NCBI RefSeq assembly: GCF_964204865.1
Contig: NC_135257.1
Coordinates: 9,362,001-9,426,000 of the forward strand
DNA: 64,000 bases
Direction: 5' to 3'
Source of the DNA: Styela clava
Lineage: Eukaryota
The position numbers were made by a program, and so were the translations under genes. The notes beneath the pieces are model-generated. The model was not told where the DNA came from and did no database searches. It saw nothing but the letters and a program-made list of their open reading frames with translations. This document shows positions 1-14,000 of this stretch, in pieces. The first letter of the stretch is position 1, and every line of letters begins with the position of its first letter.

Positions 1-1198
1 AATTAAATGTTCTCTGCACCTTTTCCCAGTATTTTACTTCTTATTCCACATTTTATAGCTTTGTGAATATTTAATCGTATATCTCACTAATATCCGAAAT
101 ATAATAATTTGTACTCTGGTTGGAATGACTATAGATAGCATGTTATAAAAACTGAGTGCGTTCGATGATTCGAGGAATTGCAACTGAAATGGTACCGATT
201 GCGAATACATCAATTTGCTGAGAAGTGTACTTTTCCCTTTAACGCTAAGGCCAGCGTCGGAAATAAATGCATTAAAATTGACACGGTTTCAATACTCCAA
301 ACCCTGGACGTGTGTTTTTGGTTACTTTGTACTTTCACTTAGAAGATTTATTTAGTATAACTGGAATTGACACTTGTCACCGTTAGAAAGTGATGGTTAT
401 GAATTTCAACATAATTTTAGAATATACGCTGAGAATATGCCAACCCGTATTATCTTTAGGATGTGAATATACGCGGAAAAGGTCGGATCTGAAACAGGTG
501 TGCTATTTTAACTGAGGATCACCAAAATATCAAGTTTAGAATTTGGTAGTACAAAACCCTGGTACAGACAAGGCAAATATTTTAGGAATATCAAATGGAA
601 CAGAGACATTCACGGTATTTGTATAGGGTGCATACAGTACCTGTACATGGGTCAGATTACTGCTGGACGAAAGGCTATTGACCTGTAAGTTTATTGACTT
701 TCTGCACTTATCGGAAAGTAAACAGTTTCTGGGTTGTTGAGTCGTTTGATTCACTAATAGCATTATATTTTCGAACTGTATTTATTTAACTTAATCTATT
801 GTCTTGTTCGTCCGTGTGGTGCAAAGAAACGATGAGCTTTGAAGTGTGTTTTAATTCAAGTTTTCAAATATCATAAAATAATAATCAGTCAGAAAGCAAT
901 AATGGTATTTTTGAATAAATTATTCCTATGAAATTTTAATATCATATTGGCAGCTCTACTGCATGTATATATAAATAGTGCCTAAGATCATTGCGTGCGT
1001 CAAATTTTTACCAAAATCGAATTGGTTATACACTGATTTATCAGACTTCAATACATGACATTTAAAACCACTAATGACCATTTATTTCGAGTAAAAGAAC
1101 TTGATATAAAATGTTTTCAGGATTTCGAGGCACATAGAAAATAAACGTTACAGAAACTTTTGAACTAGAAGTTATGTTGAAATTAAGCGAGTTTAAAA

Positions 1199-2164
1199 CT
1201 AGCATCTGTCTGACCACCGGACCATCGAGACTCCTTTCAATGTGAGAGTCTCCTTCAATTTGCCATCTTCGATTTCTGATATTTGAGAAAAATTCTCTCC
1301 TTTCAAGACAATCTTTTCTCCATCCTTAGTGCAAGTTGCCTGTAAATTTAAAAATGAGTAAGATTGGAGTATTTATTTTACTAAGGTATTGTCAGAATAT
1401 GGAATTATAGAATATTCCTGTGATAGTTTGTTTTCGGAATTAAATTAAGAATCTTATATGTTGCCTTTTTTCCACATTCTTTTGATTCAATTATACCAGT
1501 ATCTCAATTATACGTACCGGTATTAGGATTACATAGGGCGGTAATTAATAACAGTCATATAAGAAAGCTCAGAGATGTCAGAAAACAAACGAAAACTAGA
1601 CTCTGAAAACAGAGGTTTTTTGGATAAATGGCAGTGTTTGTATTTCTGAATTAATTATAATATTTTCCAAAAGAAGCATGAGAAGAAAATTATCAAATTG
1701 CAATTAGAAAATCCGGTTTATGCTCATCGTGAGCTAAGGAAATATCGAACTGAAAGTAAATTTACTGGCCATACTCAGCATTCGTCTAAGCATCTATTAT
1801 ACCTTTGCGTTTCTGCCATCAGGGAAATTGAAGTCGTTTGGTACTCCCAGTTGAAAAGTATTCGAAACTGTCTGATTCGGATAAATTCTTTTCACGGTGA
1901 TGTTGTCACCATCTTGTGTGACTTCAGTTTCCAATGTTGTCTCACTGCCTCGTTTAATCTGCTCATCGGTTGCTCCTATTGTGTAAAAATGATTTCATTC
2001 AACCACCAATAATATCGAAATGACCCAAACAATGATATATTTTTTTTAATTTGACTATTATATATGTACTACGATGATATGATAAAACTTATCTCACCAC
2101 TAGCACCAGCAAACTTCTCATAGTTGTCTCTTTTAACCATCTTGAATTTTCCGCTGAGAGACAT
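1199..2164 (-). CDS. Fatty acid-binding protein (FABP1/FABP6-like), copy 1, 126 aa, 3 coding exons
   Basis: Exons 2164-2098 (67 nt), 1975-1803 (173 nt) and 1339-1199 (141 nt), GT-AG introns, in frame: MSLSGKFKMVKRDNYEKFAGASG ATDEQIKRGSETTLETEVTQDGDNITVKRIYPNQTVSNTFQLGVPNDFNFPDGRNAK ATCTKDGEKIVLKGENFSQISEIEDGKLKETLTLKGVSMVRWSDRC*. The 67/173-nt exons match the canonical iLBP/FABP gene layout. Confidence 0.93.
1575..1646 (+). mobile_element. hAT (GTF2IRD2/SPIN-like) transposase N-terminal relic in FABP copy 1 intron 2
   Basis: Translates as MSENKRKLDSENRGFLDKWQCLYF, resembling the transposase start at 16695 (MSATKKQKIDGEGRVFNSEWCTKYF). Confidence 0.55.
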
Positions 2165-4305
2165 TTTGTTCTAAAAAACAAACGAGAACTCATCGTAATG
2201 GGAATTTAGACATGTTAGGTTCATCCATTAACACCCTGTGATGAACATTAGCAAAACTATTTTTTAATCTCGATACCCCCTCGTAATATTGAATGTTGTA
2301 TTCTCGCATAGTGTTAAATAACGCCCGATTTTGAATTTTCTCAAATCTTACTATTGCTGAAAAACCCATGAAGTTTTCTCTGGTCGTATCTGCTGTACTC
2401 ATTTGTTCAACAAATTTTTTTATCTAAAAATGTTATAATTTGACTTACCTGATGGGGTTTAACGTAACGGTTTATGGACGAGAAGACAGTTTTACACGTT
2501 GTTCAGTCAGTGCCGAAGTGATGCCAGGTCAGCAACTACTGCCGATATTTATGCTCTCGGATTATTATGATGAACAAACATCATATAATATCACATCATA
2601 TAGAATACAAAGGCAGATGGCCGCCTACATAAAAACTGTCGTTATCGATTGTTTGGTTTTCAGCTGAATTCACAGCGATAAAAAAATCACCTTTGAAATC
2701 GGGTGTAGCATATGTTCTATTATACAATGGCCATCACAAAAACAGTTTCGATAAACTTGCTTTACGTAACGTCCATGTATGATGACTATATAAATATAAA
2801 AATCGTATAATCACGAAATATTTTCATTAAATATATCATGATGTCGGAATCTACAAATGTACGGAAGTCAAATATTTACCTGGCTTTAATAGAATGAATT
2901 TTGTTCCTATCTACATTTAACCAATTTTGGGATTTTGTGTAAAACGACCTCGAGGACGAAAATTCGAATAATATATGTCGTACAGCACGTATGATGCATT
3001 TTTAATTTTACACAATGTATCTTTGTCAATAGAATAATCTTCACCATTCTCTCCGTCTTGGCAATAGAAGTCAATTATTGTGAAGTATTAGCAACTGCAG
3101 TGTTGCAATGACTCGGCTACTAATTAACGATTCCTAATTTCTTGTTCATAATGGATGGAGTAGAAGTAATTTTAAGGGGAATTGCACATTTACGTGGTTG
3201 GATTATTAATAGATTGTAGAATAGAAATATTACAGCTCACCTCAAATTACTACGGATGTTCCTCGTTCCCATATTGTTTTCATGACAAACGTTCGACGCC
3301 GAATTGCCGACAGCCACATTAAACTCCACTGTGACATTTACTACGTAGAAGCCTATTAATCGACTAGTACATATTTTGAATTTTTTGGTGAAGTTCATCT
3401 TGACGATTTTCAGGCAAATTTTTATATTGCAGCAAATTTAATCAACCTTATAAATCTAATTTTCGCAATATTCAATTCTCTTCATTTTCCAACGTCGTTT
3501 AAAATACTCACAAACACTTTTCAGTCTTCAGGAAGACTCATAGCACATGCAATGGACAAGTACAAATGTGTATTGCTTCTGGACCAGGAAAAGACATGTT
3601 TGAGAGTACGAAAATTAGTCTATACACACTCAGAAAACCTGAAAGTCATTTGTACTCCCGAGTATTAACGAATATTATCAGAGCAAATTGGGCTCCCAAA
3701 CATTTGAATGTGATATTTAATTTATTAATTTAATTCAATTCACTTTAATTTATAGATTTCAAGACAATACCTGTTCATCAGATCTTTGCGTTTCTATTTC
3801 CTACAAATATCCGACCATTGAAGAAGGCATGCATACATGTGTTGAAAACACATCGGATTTCTACCGGCTTCGCTTTATTTGTTACACACTATCCTTATTA
3901 GAATATTTTAAAAAGGGATACAGCTGTTTTAAATTCATATTTGCAAAAACTATCATAACACAATGGGAACTATTTTATGCCAAGTGTGTGTTACTAAATT
4001 CAGGAATATCACAACTGTTTTTCATGATAGAATTTTTATTATCAAATATGCAGTCTTTAGTATTTTTACGGGCTCGGTCGGGTGATGTCTAATTATGTGG
4101 TAGGTGGCCCTAAAATCACTTCACTTGTTACACCGTGGTAATTCGAAACGATAACAAATACTGAGAAGTGCGTCTTCATTGAAATATGGAAATAACAATA
4201 TACAATTTAAATGAATAGATTTGAAATTCGAAATTCTTTATGTTTACTTTAACCCTGCTAAAACGCTTAAAATAAACACTTTATTCATCTTTATCAATAA
4301 TTCTT

Positions 4306-5070
4306 TTATTCTTTGACGGACCATCTAGTCATCGTCTTCCCATTGAATGTCAAAATTTCTTTCAAATTTCCATCAACAATCTCCGAAACACACGAAAAAT
4401 TGTCGTTACTCATCACTAATTTGCTTCCTTGAAGAGTAACAGTCGCCTGAGAAAATTACATAATTATTTACAATATGACCTTCCTTCACTATAAAAAAAA
4501 AAGATAAAATTATGCTTAGTCAATTTTACTGTAAATCACCAAATAATAGCGGTTGGCCTGAGTTATCTTCAACCTATGCAACTCGAAAAATTTGTTTTAC
4601 TTAGAATTAGGAATAAAACTATTCATTAGTTATTCATTGAACTGTGTTACCGGTTATCTCTACTTACGACTGCTCGTTTCCCTTCTAACAATGTCAATTT
4701 TGCCGGTACACCCAGTGTAAATTTGTTGACCGTAGTCTGGTGAGGAAAAATCCGTTTTACCGTATATTTCTCGCCGTCAACCGTTATTTCAGTTGTTGGT
4801 CGAGAGTTGCGACCTCTGGCAATCTGATCGTTTGATGCCCCTTGAATTTTATGGAAGACAAAATAAGAATAAGATAACATTATTTCTACGAAATAATACG
4901 ATATAAATATCGTTTGAATTTTGTTCAATTCAACCCATTGGAACCCCATGTTTTTCTATATGAAAATGTGAAAAAATAAATAAAAATCAGAATAAATTCA
5001 TACCAATCGCTGTAGCTAATTCGTCATAATTTTCTCTTTTGTCAAGAACGAAGCTTCCAGCGAAAGACAT
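4306..5070 (-). CDS. Fatty acid-binding protein (FABP1/FABP6-like), copy 2, 126 aa
   Basis: Exons 5070-5004, 4840-4668 and 4446-4306 (67/173/141 nt), GT-AG: MSFAGSFVLDKRENYDELATAIG ASNDQIARGRNSRPTTEITVDGEKYTVKRIFPHQTTVNKFTLGVPAKLTLLEGKRAV ATVTLQGSKLVMSNDNFSCVSEIVDGNLKEILTFNGKTMTRWSVKE*. Confidence 0.93.
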
Positions 5071-6786
5071 TTCAATGATATCCAACCTAAAAGTTCATAA
5101 AATTTTAATTTAGCACAGCTATAATAAGAATATGTTAGATCTTATTCAATCTATTCCTAAAATTAATTATAGAAATAACTTTTAATTCTAAATTTTTATC
5201 ATAATATGATACAAATTAATATAAAAAAGATTGTACGAGTACCTTTACTATTATTCGAAATCAAGTACTGACCATCGGTTACTGATGTAACGAACAACAA
5301 TAATCTTTTCCGCAGTATTTGCAGTTTCTGACCAATCGTAAAACAACAATCCGTTTCTTTAGTTACGAAAGACAATCTTCACATTTTTACGATCTACTTC
5401 GTGAGTTCTGTTTGATACTCTATGGGCGGTGTGTTAAATCGGATTTATCTTTACTGTTGGTTGTTAAAGCTTTGTGATGTCTCTCAACAAAGTCGCAACG
5501 TTCGGATTCTTGAAACTGCCAGTCTTATATTAGCTTGAAATAAAAATAAAGCGTAGTACGTGCTTGCGATAATAAAACATGGTTTTTGGGGCAATTTTGG
5601 TATGCAATCTTGCTTAACGTCATCTCAATCGCACCCCAAAGTGACACCAGTGGTTCCACTTTTGTATGCGTTTCATCTCATAAAGACATTCTCATAGAAT
5701 TCAGTTCTTGACCCAATACAGATATAAAGTTATATAGTTCTATCGGCATTTCAAATTTCCCGTATTGTCAGTGTCTAAAGCGTAGTTCTTTACTTTCGCC
5801 AATTTTAAAATCATGGAGAAATACACATTGAATTCGAAATTATATACCCTTGAAATATGGATTTAGACGCGTTTTAGACGTGTTACGGAGATGAGGCCGT
5901 AATAGATAGTGTCATCAATATTTTGAAATGCATTGAATTTGATTTTTGCGTTCCACACAAAATAACACACATCACCACTTATACACTCATGCAAGTTTTG
6001 ATCTCAAAAAGCGTGGACGTTTAGCGTATGCTACAAACAGTTCGTTACCACTCTGGTCATTATAATATAAATTCCTTCTATACGTTATTTTTTAGAAGGG
6101 CAATATAAAATTAAAATCTTTAATGGTATGCTGACAAAAGCAAATGAACTACATCTTTGCCTATCCCCTTTTACTTTTTAAAAATATTATAGACAATATA
6201 CTGTTTATTCTGTGACATGTCTCACATGTATACATTAGACTCATATCTGACTGCGTGTGGTACTGTTGAGTAAGGCAATGATATCACATCGACAAATCTC
6301 ATGTTATATCAATTTTAAATGCTGAGCAGATAAATAAATGACGTATTGTTTCTAATAATGACAATCTAGGACGAAATATGTCAATTTCCAAGTTCTTTCT
6401 GGAAGTTTCTTAAAATTTGTTGAAAAGACGCAAAAAAGATCAGTAATACATATTTTTATTTTTCATTAATGTCAAGCACGAAACACATTTTCAAGCAAAG
6501 TTTGCAAATTAACACTTTTATATTCAAAAGCAGAAAGTCACATAATCCATAACTGTTCAATACTTCTATAGTACAAAACGGGGTAGTTATGACTTCTAGG
6601 CATAAAGCTCTACACAGACAAAGAATTTGTTCTCTAGACATAAACCAAACAAGTAATATTTGTGATTAAAATAGCAAAAGTTATTCACAAATCATACTCT
6701 ACCAAATATGATTAAAAAAATTACGATTCGTAACTAGGTTGATAATCGAATTTGTGCTCAAAACGATTGGTAAAAGGACACTTGGA

Positions 6787-7801
6787 TTACTGTTTCTTTG
6801 ATATTCTCTTCATTGTCTTCCCGTTGAAGGTTATGGTTTCCACCAAGTTTGAACCATCAAGTTCTGTCACAGATTTGAAATTTGCATTTTGCGTGACAAG
6901 TTTCCCACCCTCGAGAGTTGTAGTTGCCTGGTTAAATGTTTCAAATGTAATTCCTTTATTAGTATGTGTGGATGTTACAGGTAAATGTTTTCCCATAACT
7001 TTATAAAATAAATATACTAGTTGTTCGTGTAGTTGGTACAAGTCAATTGTAAATACTCAAATGCAGTTACTCGGCAAAATCTCGTGGGGTAAAAATATTG
7101 CAGTAATCTAGAGAAAAACATTACCGTTGCTTTTCTGCCCTCAACCAGAGTAAGTTCTGTTGGAACTCCCAGGGTGAAGGAATTAGTCGTAGTTTGGTTT
7201 GGAAATTTACGTGTCACCGTGTAGGAGTCTCCGTTCACTGAGATTTCAGTCGTAGGGAACACTTTGCTCCCTTTGGCAATCTGATCTGCGGTTGCGCCTA
7301 GTTCATGAAAAATTAAATATTCAATATTAGTAAAGATATTAGTTATTTTACATTTAGAGTTGTTCACTTGATATGTAAACTATGAAACCGATTTTACATT
7401 TTATTCTCAAGCTGAAGTACATTTTTAACGGCGTTTTATATCGCGCTTTTCATTGAAGGTATGTATATATATAAATGGTGGGTAGCAAAATATACAAATT
7501 TGCAATGGTTATAAAGACACATATTATGGAGAAAAGAAATAAATATGTTCACACATAATTTTAACATTCTCTCATAATAATGCTTTAGGCAAGTATCTTA
7601 ATGGGCACGATATTTATAATGATCAAAAACCTACTCAATTTCCCAAACTTCGGATGAGATATACAAAAAGAGGTACTACTCACTTACTGAAGTTGTATAA
7701 AATAATAAAGAAAGAAGTTTTTTCATGTACATACCGCTTGCTTGAGCGAACTCATCGTAGTTTTCCCTTTTTTCAAGAATGTAACTTCCAGCAAATGCCA
7801 T
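6787..7801 (-). CDS. Fatty acid-binding protein (FABP1/liver-type-like), copy 3, 126 aa
   Basis: Exons 7801-7735, 7297-7125 and 6927-6787 (67/173/141 nt): MAFAGSYILEKRENYDEFAQASG ATADQIAKGSKVFPTTEISVNGDSYTVTRKFPNQTTTNSFTLGVPTELTLVEGRKAT ATTTLEGGKLVTQNANFKSVTELDGSNLVETITFNGKTMKRISKKQ*. KSVTEL and KRISK are FABP1-like motifs. Confidence 0.94.
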
Positions 7802-8809
7802 GATGTAGTTTTGACTGAAAATAAAGATTCAATGATGGTAATCAGTAGTATTTATACATATTTATTTTAAAATCTTATTGTTTGTATGTACCTACATTCA
7901 ATATAGGGTGTCAGCAAACCTTCTAACAACTCTTATTGGAAGGCATACGGCATTTTCAGAAAACACTGATAATATTACTTGAAAATGGTTTGCTTGCAAG
8001 TTTTGAACGCATTCACAATGATTGTTCGTATCAATTTTTCTAATGACGTTTGAAGATTTTGTATATTATTTCCGTGCAAGCCTACCTCTTAAATTGTGGT
8101 TCAAATAATTTACATACTTAAAAATCGAACACTTGACTTAAAATGTTTTTCAACAAATAACTTTTCATTCAAACGTGCTAAGGTGCCGTTAAAGGGTGTA
8201 AAATATCTCGTTTTTATATAAATTGGTGCGGGGCGTATACAATGTACGGCACAGGTAAATTATTATTCTATTCAAACTAATTAAATATCTTACCTTTCAG
8301 ACGGTCTTGACAATATACAATATCTGTTGACGAGACGTTGGAGAATGATTTTTACGGACTATTCCTTCTCATTTTATACATTTTTAACGATAATAAAATG
8401 TTATTTTTTCTAATTACAAAGCGATTTCATTCTATTTTACGACCTATTTTAATTGCAGAATTTTTATTCGTAAAATGATTACATCACGATTGTAAAACTA
8501 TCATGGATGGTCGTGAAATAATTGAATAAATATGATATTTCCTGATATTTGTTTTTCTTTCTTTTTCGTCAAGTTCGAAAAATTTTATTGGCACAAAGAG
8601 AATGTTTAAGAGGTAAGTCGTGTTAGACGGTGAAGGCATGTCTTGAAAATTCTAACTTTCAATTTCATTACGTCACACAAACTAATGGTACACTTACATA
8701 GCCATTCCGATTTCATTCTTTAAAAATTATTCAAGCATCTGAAAGTACACAGCATATATACAATACTGTACACATCCTATCACATGCCGGTGATATTAAC
8801 AGAAGAACA

Positions 8810-9031
8810 TTTCGCGTTAACGTGGCACCTAAAATATTCAAATGGAATTTTCTGAGATGCAATGCATTGAGGAAATACATCTATTCTATTCGAGAGATGT
8901 ATCACTGCTTGATTTTTATTAAAAAAAGTATTATTCGTTCGGTTTTCAACTTTCTAAAAATATGTGCGGCCCGTCAATGACTTGCAACCCTTAATTTTGG
9001 TCCGCGAGCGACAAAAGGTTGCCGACCCCTG
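8810..9031 (+). mobile_element. Internally deleted hAT element fragment (same family as 19421-20246, opposite orientation)
   Basis: Ends in ...ggttgccgacccctg (CAGGGG-type TIR). 8820-8930 and 8950-9031 are reverse complements of parts of 19421-19970. Confidence 0.7.
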
Positions 9032-9893
9032 ATTTAGGACATGAAGATATCATCTTCGAAGTCGCAGTATCAATTTTTGGAAGGAATTAAATAAAATGTT
9101 CGCAGCGACTGGCGTGTGTTTATTGGTCGTGCCTATCTCATCGTGAAACGGGCATTACGACGACACGTTTTCTGATAATATTAGAGCTTTCAGCTTTGTA
9201 AATTAAATCTCATCATCGTACATCACAAAGTGGAGTCATGCTTTAGGGTCTCTCCCTACCGCATTCTAGTAAAATATCGTCTCACACGGCTGCGCAATGC
9301 GTAAAATCATGCTAAAATGCTGTCTGCATTCACCTATTATTACTTCCTATCAAAATTGCAATGTAGTATTGAGTCACCCCTCTCAACGAAACCCTGAGTA
9401 TGACAGTGGTAGCAGCTAAACTAAATATAAAAATATGCAGCTGAAATGATAGAATATCTTATTCGCTTTATGATGTAGAATTAATCGATTTTTAGGCAGT
9501 GATTCATATCCGCTTTATTTGCAATTATAAGACACTTGAACATGTAAAAGTATTTTCAAATTTTTTTATAGGACAATTATTAAAATTAATGAAATGCCTA
9601 GGAAGTTCTAAAAAGTACCTTTAGTGAGTCAAAAGTAAATATGTTTTAAAATTAGCACACCCTCTACCAAATAAAACTACTAATTACCATGTTTTATCAA
9701 GTATTGTATTAAGTGATAATTTCAATCTTTTCAAATTTGACGAAGCAATTTTGAATTTTTAAAAAAGAAATATTCCACATACAATTTTTGTAAGTTATAT
9801 ATACTTTGCCTCTTTTTATTTTGTTGAAAATTAAACGTTTTAAGATAATTTATCAATTATACATATTTTGAATATATATCAATTGTTGATTTT

Positions 9894-11042
9894 CTATGCT
9901 TTTGTCGACCATCTTGTCATCGTCTTCCCGTTAAACGTCAAGGTTTCCTTCAATTTCCCTCCTTCGATTTCAGCCACGGAGGAAAATTTGTCACCTTTCA
10001 TAACCAATTTTCCACCTTCCAATGTAACGGTAGCCTGAAAATAACACATGTATATGTAATATATCTAGGTACATAAACTGCACCATGAAAAAATACAGGT
10101 CACTTCGGTTTTATTATGCTTAGGCGCCGCAATTTGCAATAGAATAATATTTTCTCTCATTGACGAGCATGGCCCAATCAGATTTTTTTGCATTCAAGTC
10201 TACATATACAAAATTCACAAAAATAAACAATTTTTTTTACGTCATCAACTGAGTTCATCAAATGAAATCCATAAAATCTGGCTTATGTATGAAATATTTC
10301 TAACCGCGTTGACTTGTTTCAAGCTTACAGTGACTGCAGCTGTTTTAAAAACTTTTGTGGTGATATTTTGCAACACTCGAAGTTTAAATGATACTTCATA
10401 TGTCGTCCATGTAAACTGATATTGAAACATATTATCTATAATTTTTTGTAAGTCCCATTTGTAAGATTTTTAAAGCGGAATGACTAGTATATTCTTTTTT
10501 TCAATTTATATTATTTATGGTAGTTTTTGAATCGAAAAGGATTGGGAGTACGAAAAGTCCTTTTCGAGACAAATTAGAATTATACTAACCGTCGCTTTCT
10601 TTCCCTCAACAAAAGATAATTCAGTAGGAACGCCTAACTTGAAAGAGTTAGTGATTGTCTGATTGGGGAAGATTCTTTTCACAGTGTAGTTGTCTCCATT
10701 ATTTGAGATTTCAGTGGTTGGATGCACGCTTTTTCCTCTCTGAATCTGTTCTGGTGTTGCTCCTATAACGATATATTGCATTATTTGGGTATGTTTGTAG
10801 CAGTGAATATTTTTAACCAAATATGGCTCACATTTTTCCGACGTTACTTTTAAGTAAGTGAATGTTTTTCATTCTTGGTAAGTTTTTATGGTATTGATTT
10901 TAGCAAGCATTTTTATCCAATAAACATTTCATCTAATTTATATTTAAAATAGCAAAATGAAAATTGAAAATTTACCACTTGCAGCAGCAAATTCGTCGTA
11001 ATTGTTTCTACTTTCAAGAACAAATTTTCCGCCGAAAGACAT
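9894..11042 (-). CDS. Fatty acid-binding protein (FABP1/FABP6-like), copy 4, 126 aa
   Basis: Exons 11042-10976, 10762-10590 and 10034-9894 (67/173/141 nt): MSFGGKFVLESRNNYDEFAAASG ATPEQIQRGKSVHPTTEISNNGDNYTVKRIFPNQTITNSFKLGVPTELSFVEGKKAT ATVTLEGGKLVMKGDKFSSVAEIEGGKLKETLTFNGKTMTRWSTKA*. Confidence 0.94.
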
Positions 11043-14000
11043 TTTGTAGTTTTATCTGAAATCAATTTGATTGAAATTAGACATTAGCATTTGGGTTTTT
11101 TGCCTAGTCGGCAATTTGACCCAATACGCGGCTTTAATTATAGCAAGGATGAAAAACTAATTGATTGCTCACCTGTATATTAGCAATTAAAACTAAGGAT
11201 AGATGGTCTATAAAGACTTTCTTCTAGCCGAAACTTTCAAGTAGACGATGGAATGATAACGATGGATTTTCTAATTTATATTTTCTACAACATACCGCAT
11301 CATGTTCCTTTTTACATTTATCGAATATACATTCTTGGTTAACATTTTTAGACTTATAAGCTTGAGCTCATGATGTACCTCGTAATTACACTTTGTTCAT
11401 TGGTAACCTAAGCTTGTTGTGACATAATTTATTTTGCGTATAGTAGTCTGAATTTCGGTAAATATGTTATTTTAGATGTTTTACAAATGTAACAAGAAAA
11501 TTCATGTCAACTTCCAAAATATAAAATAAGTGTATTTACATAACTTATGGTTATGGAACAACCTGATTTGAACGTTGCACCTCTAAATGCATGTACGTTA
11601 ACTTACATTTACAAGACGGATTATGTTCACCTCTTAATAAGGCATGGTGATGCACATGAGTGATAGCTTAAAACGGGAGTAAAAACAGCAAGACGACAAA
11701 AATAGATGATAATAAATCGGTTTAATTTTTTCCCCGAAGTTACGACTAAAATAGGTTGTTTAATAATAGAAGAGATTTATTAAATATCTGTCGGATAGGA
11801 AACATCACAGCTGCTTAGCTGTCTTTTGTTTCGTACAGATCATACCTGGACCTAATTTACGCGAATAACCAAAAGATCGAATAGAGTGGAAATTTCCACT
11901 CAACCAAACCTTCTTCCGAAATTTGTAACACGCCCCAAAACGCCCCTTTTTAGATGAATGAAAAACTAAGCGACCGATAGGTTTTCCGAAAATTTGACAA
12001 TTTAAGTTTTACTGCCCGGCCGTTCAAACTTTCAAAGCGACGCCGTGAATTTAACGAGAGAAATAACATTAGTTGAATCAATAGGAAATAAAAATTATGA
12101 TAGCGAAGTAAGGGTAGAAGCAGCGTTTCTGAGCAAAGTCAAAATCCATCCATATATGGCCCATACATGAATTTTTTGCGAATGCAGAATTCATGCATGG
12201 CGATCCAAGTAAAAACTACAATGAGTTGCTGGGATACGCACGTATGAAATAACTAGCCAAGTCAACTAGTGTTAACTTTCTAGGCAAATTTTGAATCACA
12301 CGAAAAATGTTTCTGTATTTTTCCACTCAATTTGTTCTAGATGTCATTTGCTGAAGGTACTTACTTTACTGTGTAGTACAAAATAAAATCTTGTTTGTGT
12401 TCTATCGACGCTCGTAGAATTTAGCTTTACGACCGTAAGTATTTACAAACCTAAAGTAAATACTATCCGTAGATATTATTACTTTCAACTTATTTAACCG
12501 GTAAGTTGAAGATATGACACGGATGGCGTGTCCCGCATGCCGATGTTTGCCTCCATTTCAGTATATTATGGTGAAGTAGAATTGCGTACTCCCTCGTTGT
12601 AGAAGACATGAACCTTTTCCGAAAAATTGAGCATTTTTCAAGAATATTCAAATAATACTAATTCTGCGTGCCTTGGCTATATTAGTTTATTTTGAATCGA
12701 TTTTATAATTCATGAGCTATATTTGATTATTTAGTATAAATCGTTAGTGGATTTCCTGGGTTCCAAGAAATTCCGTTCGATATTTATTCTCACTTGATAA
12801 AAAAAGTAGCATAATTCGAATCATCAACACAATTATTATTCTGAGTTTAACTGATAACGTTTCAACTTTTTGCTTCGGCGTACGTGCTTAATGATTATTG
12901 CCTTTGAATTTTACTCCCATATTTATTTATATTTCCCTAACTGATTGTAATACCATGGCAACATCTTTTAGTCAAGGTTTCAATACCATCGGAATGTTTT
13001 TATTAATTTCGAAATATTGCAGCATCGTTCGAATCAGACGCTGCTTTCCCTTTTTTAATGCGAATATAAATAATAACCCATTTCTGGGAAAAGAATTGGT
13101 TCGGTAGTTTATCAAAAAATATCGCTTGTTAAGTTCATTTATTAACGTTTTTCGGGATCGTAACAAGACTAGATCACAGTAAAGTTTTATTAGAAGAAAT
13201 GTTCAATAGTTTCATTGTTCCTATAACGGCAACTAGCGCAGACAATCGTTAGTTTTGTTCATTCATTTACAATATACATATTGTAAACATTTTACAGCAC
13301 CGGTCGTTGTTTTATATTTCTGTGTAATTTTGTTTTATTCTTTCGTTGTTGGAAATACACCAGTACTTTTGAATGTAATTATGCAGGAACAATGTAAATA
13401 TTCACGTCTAACGGAGGAAATTAAGTCGAAATGTAATTTGAAATAATAAGCTTATCATTTGACGACATATTCTGCTATGTTTTCACCTCAGTTGCTGATA
13501 AAACTTGCGAACCGCATATAAAAATGAATATACAGATATATATCTATATACAGATATATATATATATTAGATATCTAAACTGAACAGCGTTCCCGTCATA
13601 ATGCTTTGTAGTATTATAAACCTGACAACGGTTTGAGACTTGAAAGAAAGTCATGCCCACATATGAAATAATATTGTTTTTTGAAGCTCTGAGATTGCTC
13701 AGAACATGGATTGACCAAATCAGTTAACGAGTATTTATTTATTATCTTAAGAATGCTTGCGCTTCCTCCCACAAATAGATTTGTTAGAATGAAAAATTCT
13801 AAAAGCAGAGCCCGAATTTCAACACTGCGGTTTGGTCAACTGGATCGTTAATTTTCAGTGTCAGATAAATGGAGTGATAATTGATTCTATAGTAAAGATT
13901 TACCAAACATACTGACATTCGAAAATATCATCATCTTTTAAAATATAAATAAACGTTGGAATACCGACATAGTCGCAGTAATTGTAACTTTGATTCTATC

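Noticed and set aside
536-763. 75-aa minus-strand ORF at the left edge
   Set aside because: No recognisable domain or consistent splice structure, and neighbouring frames contain stops.
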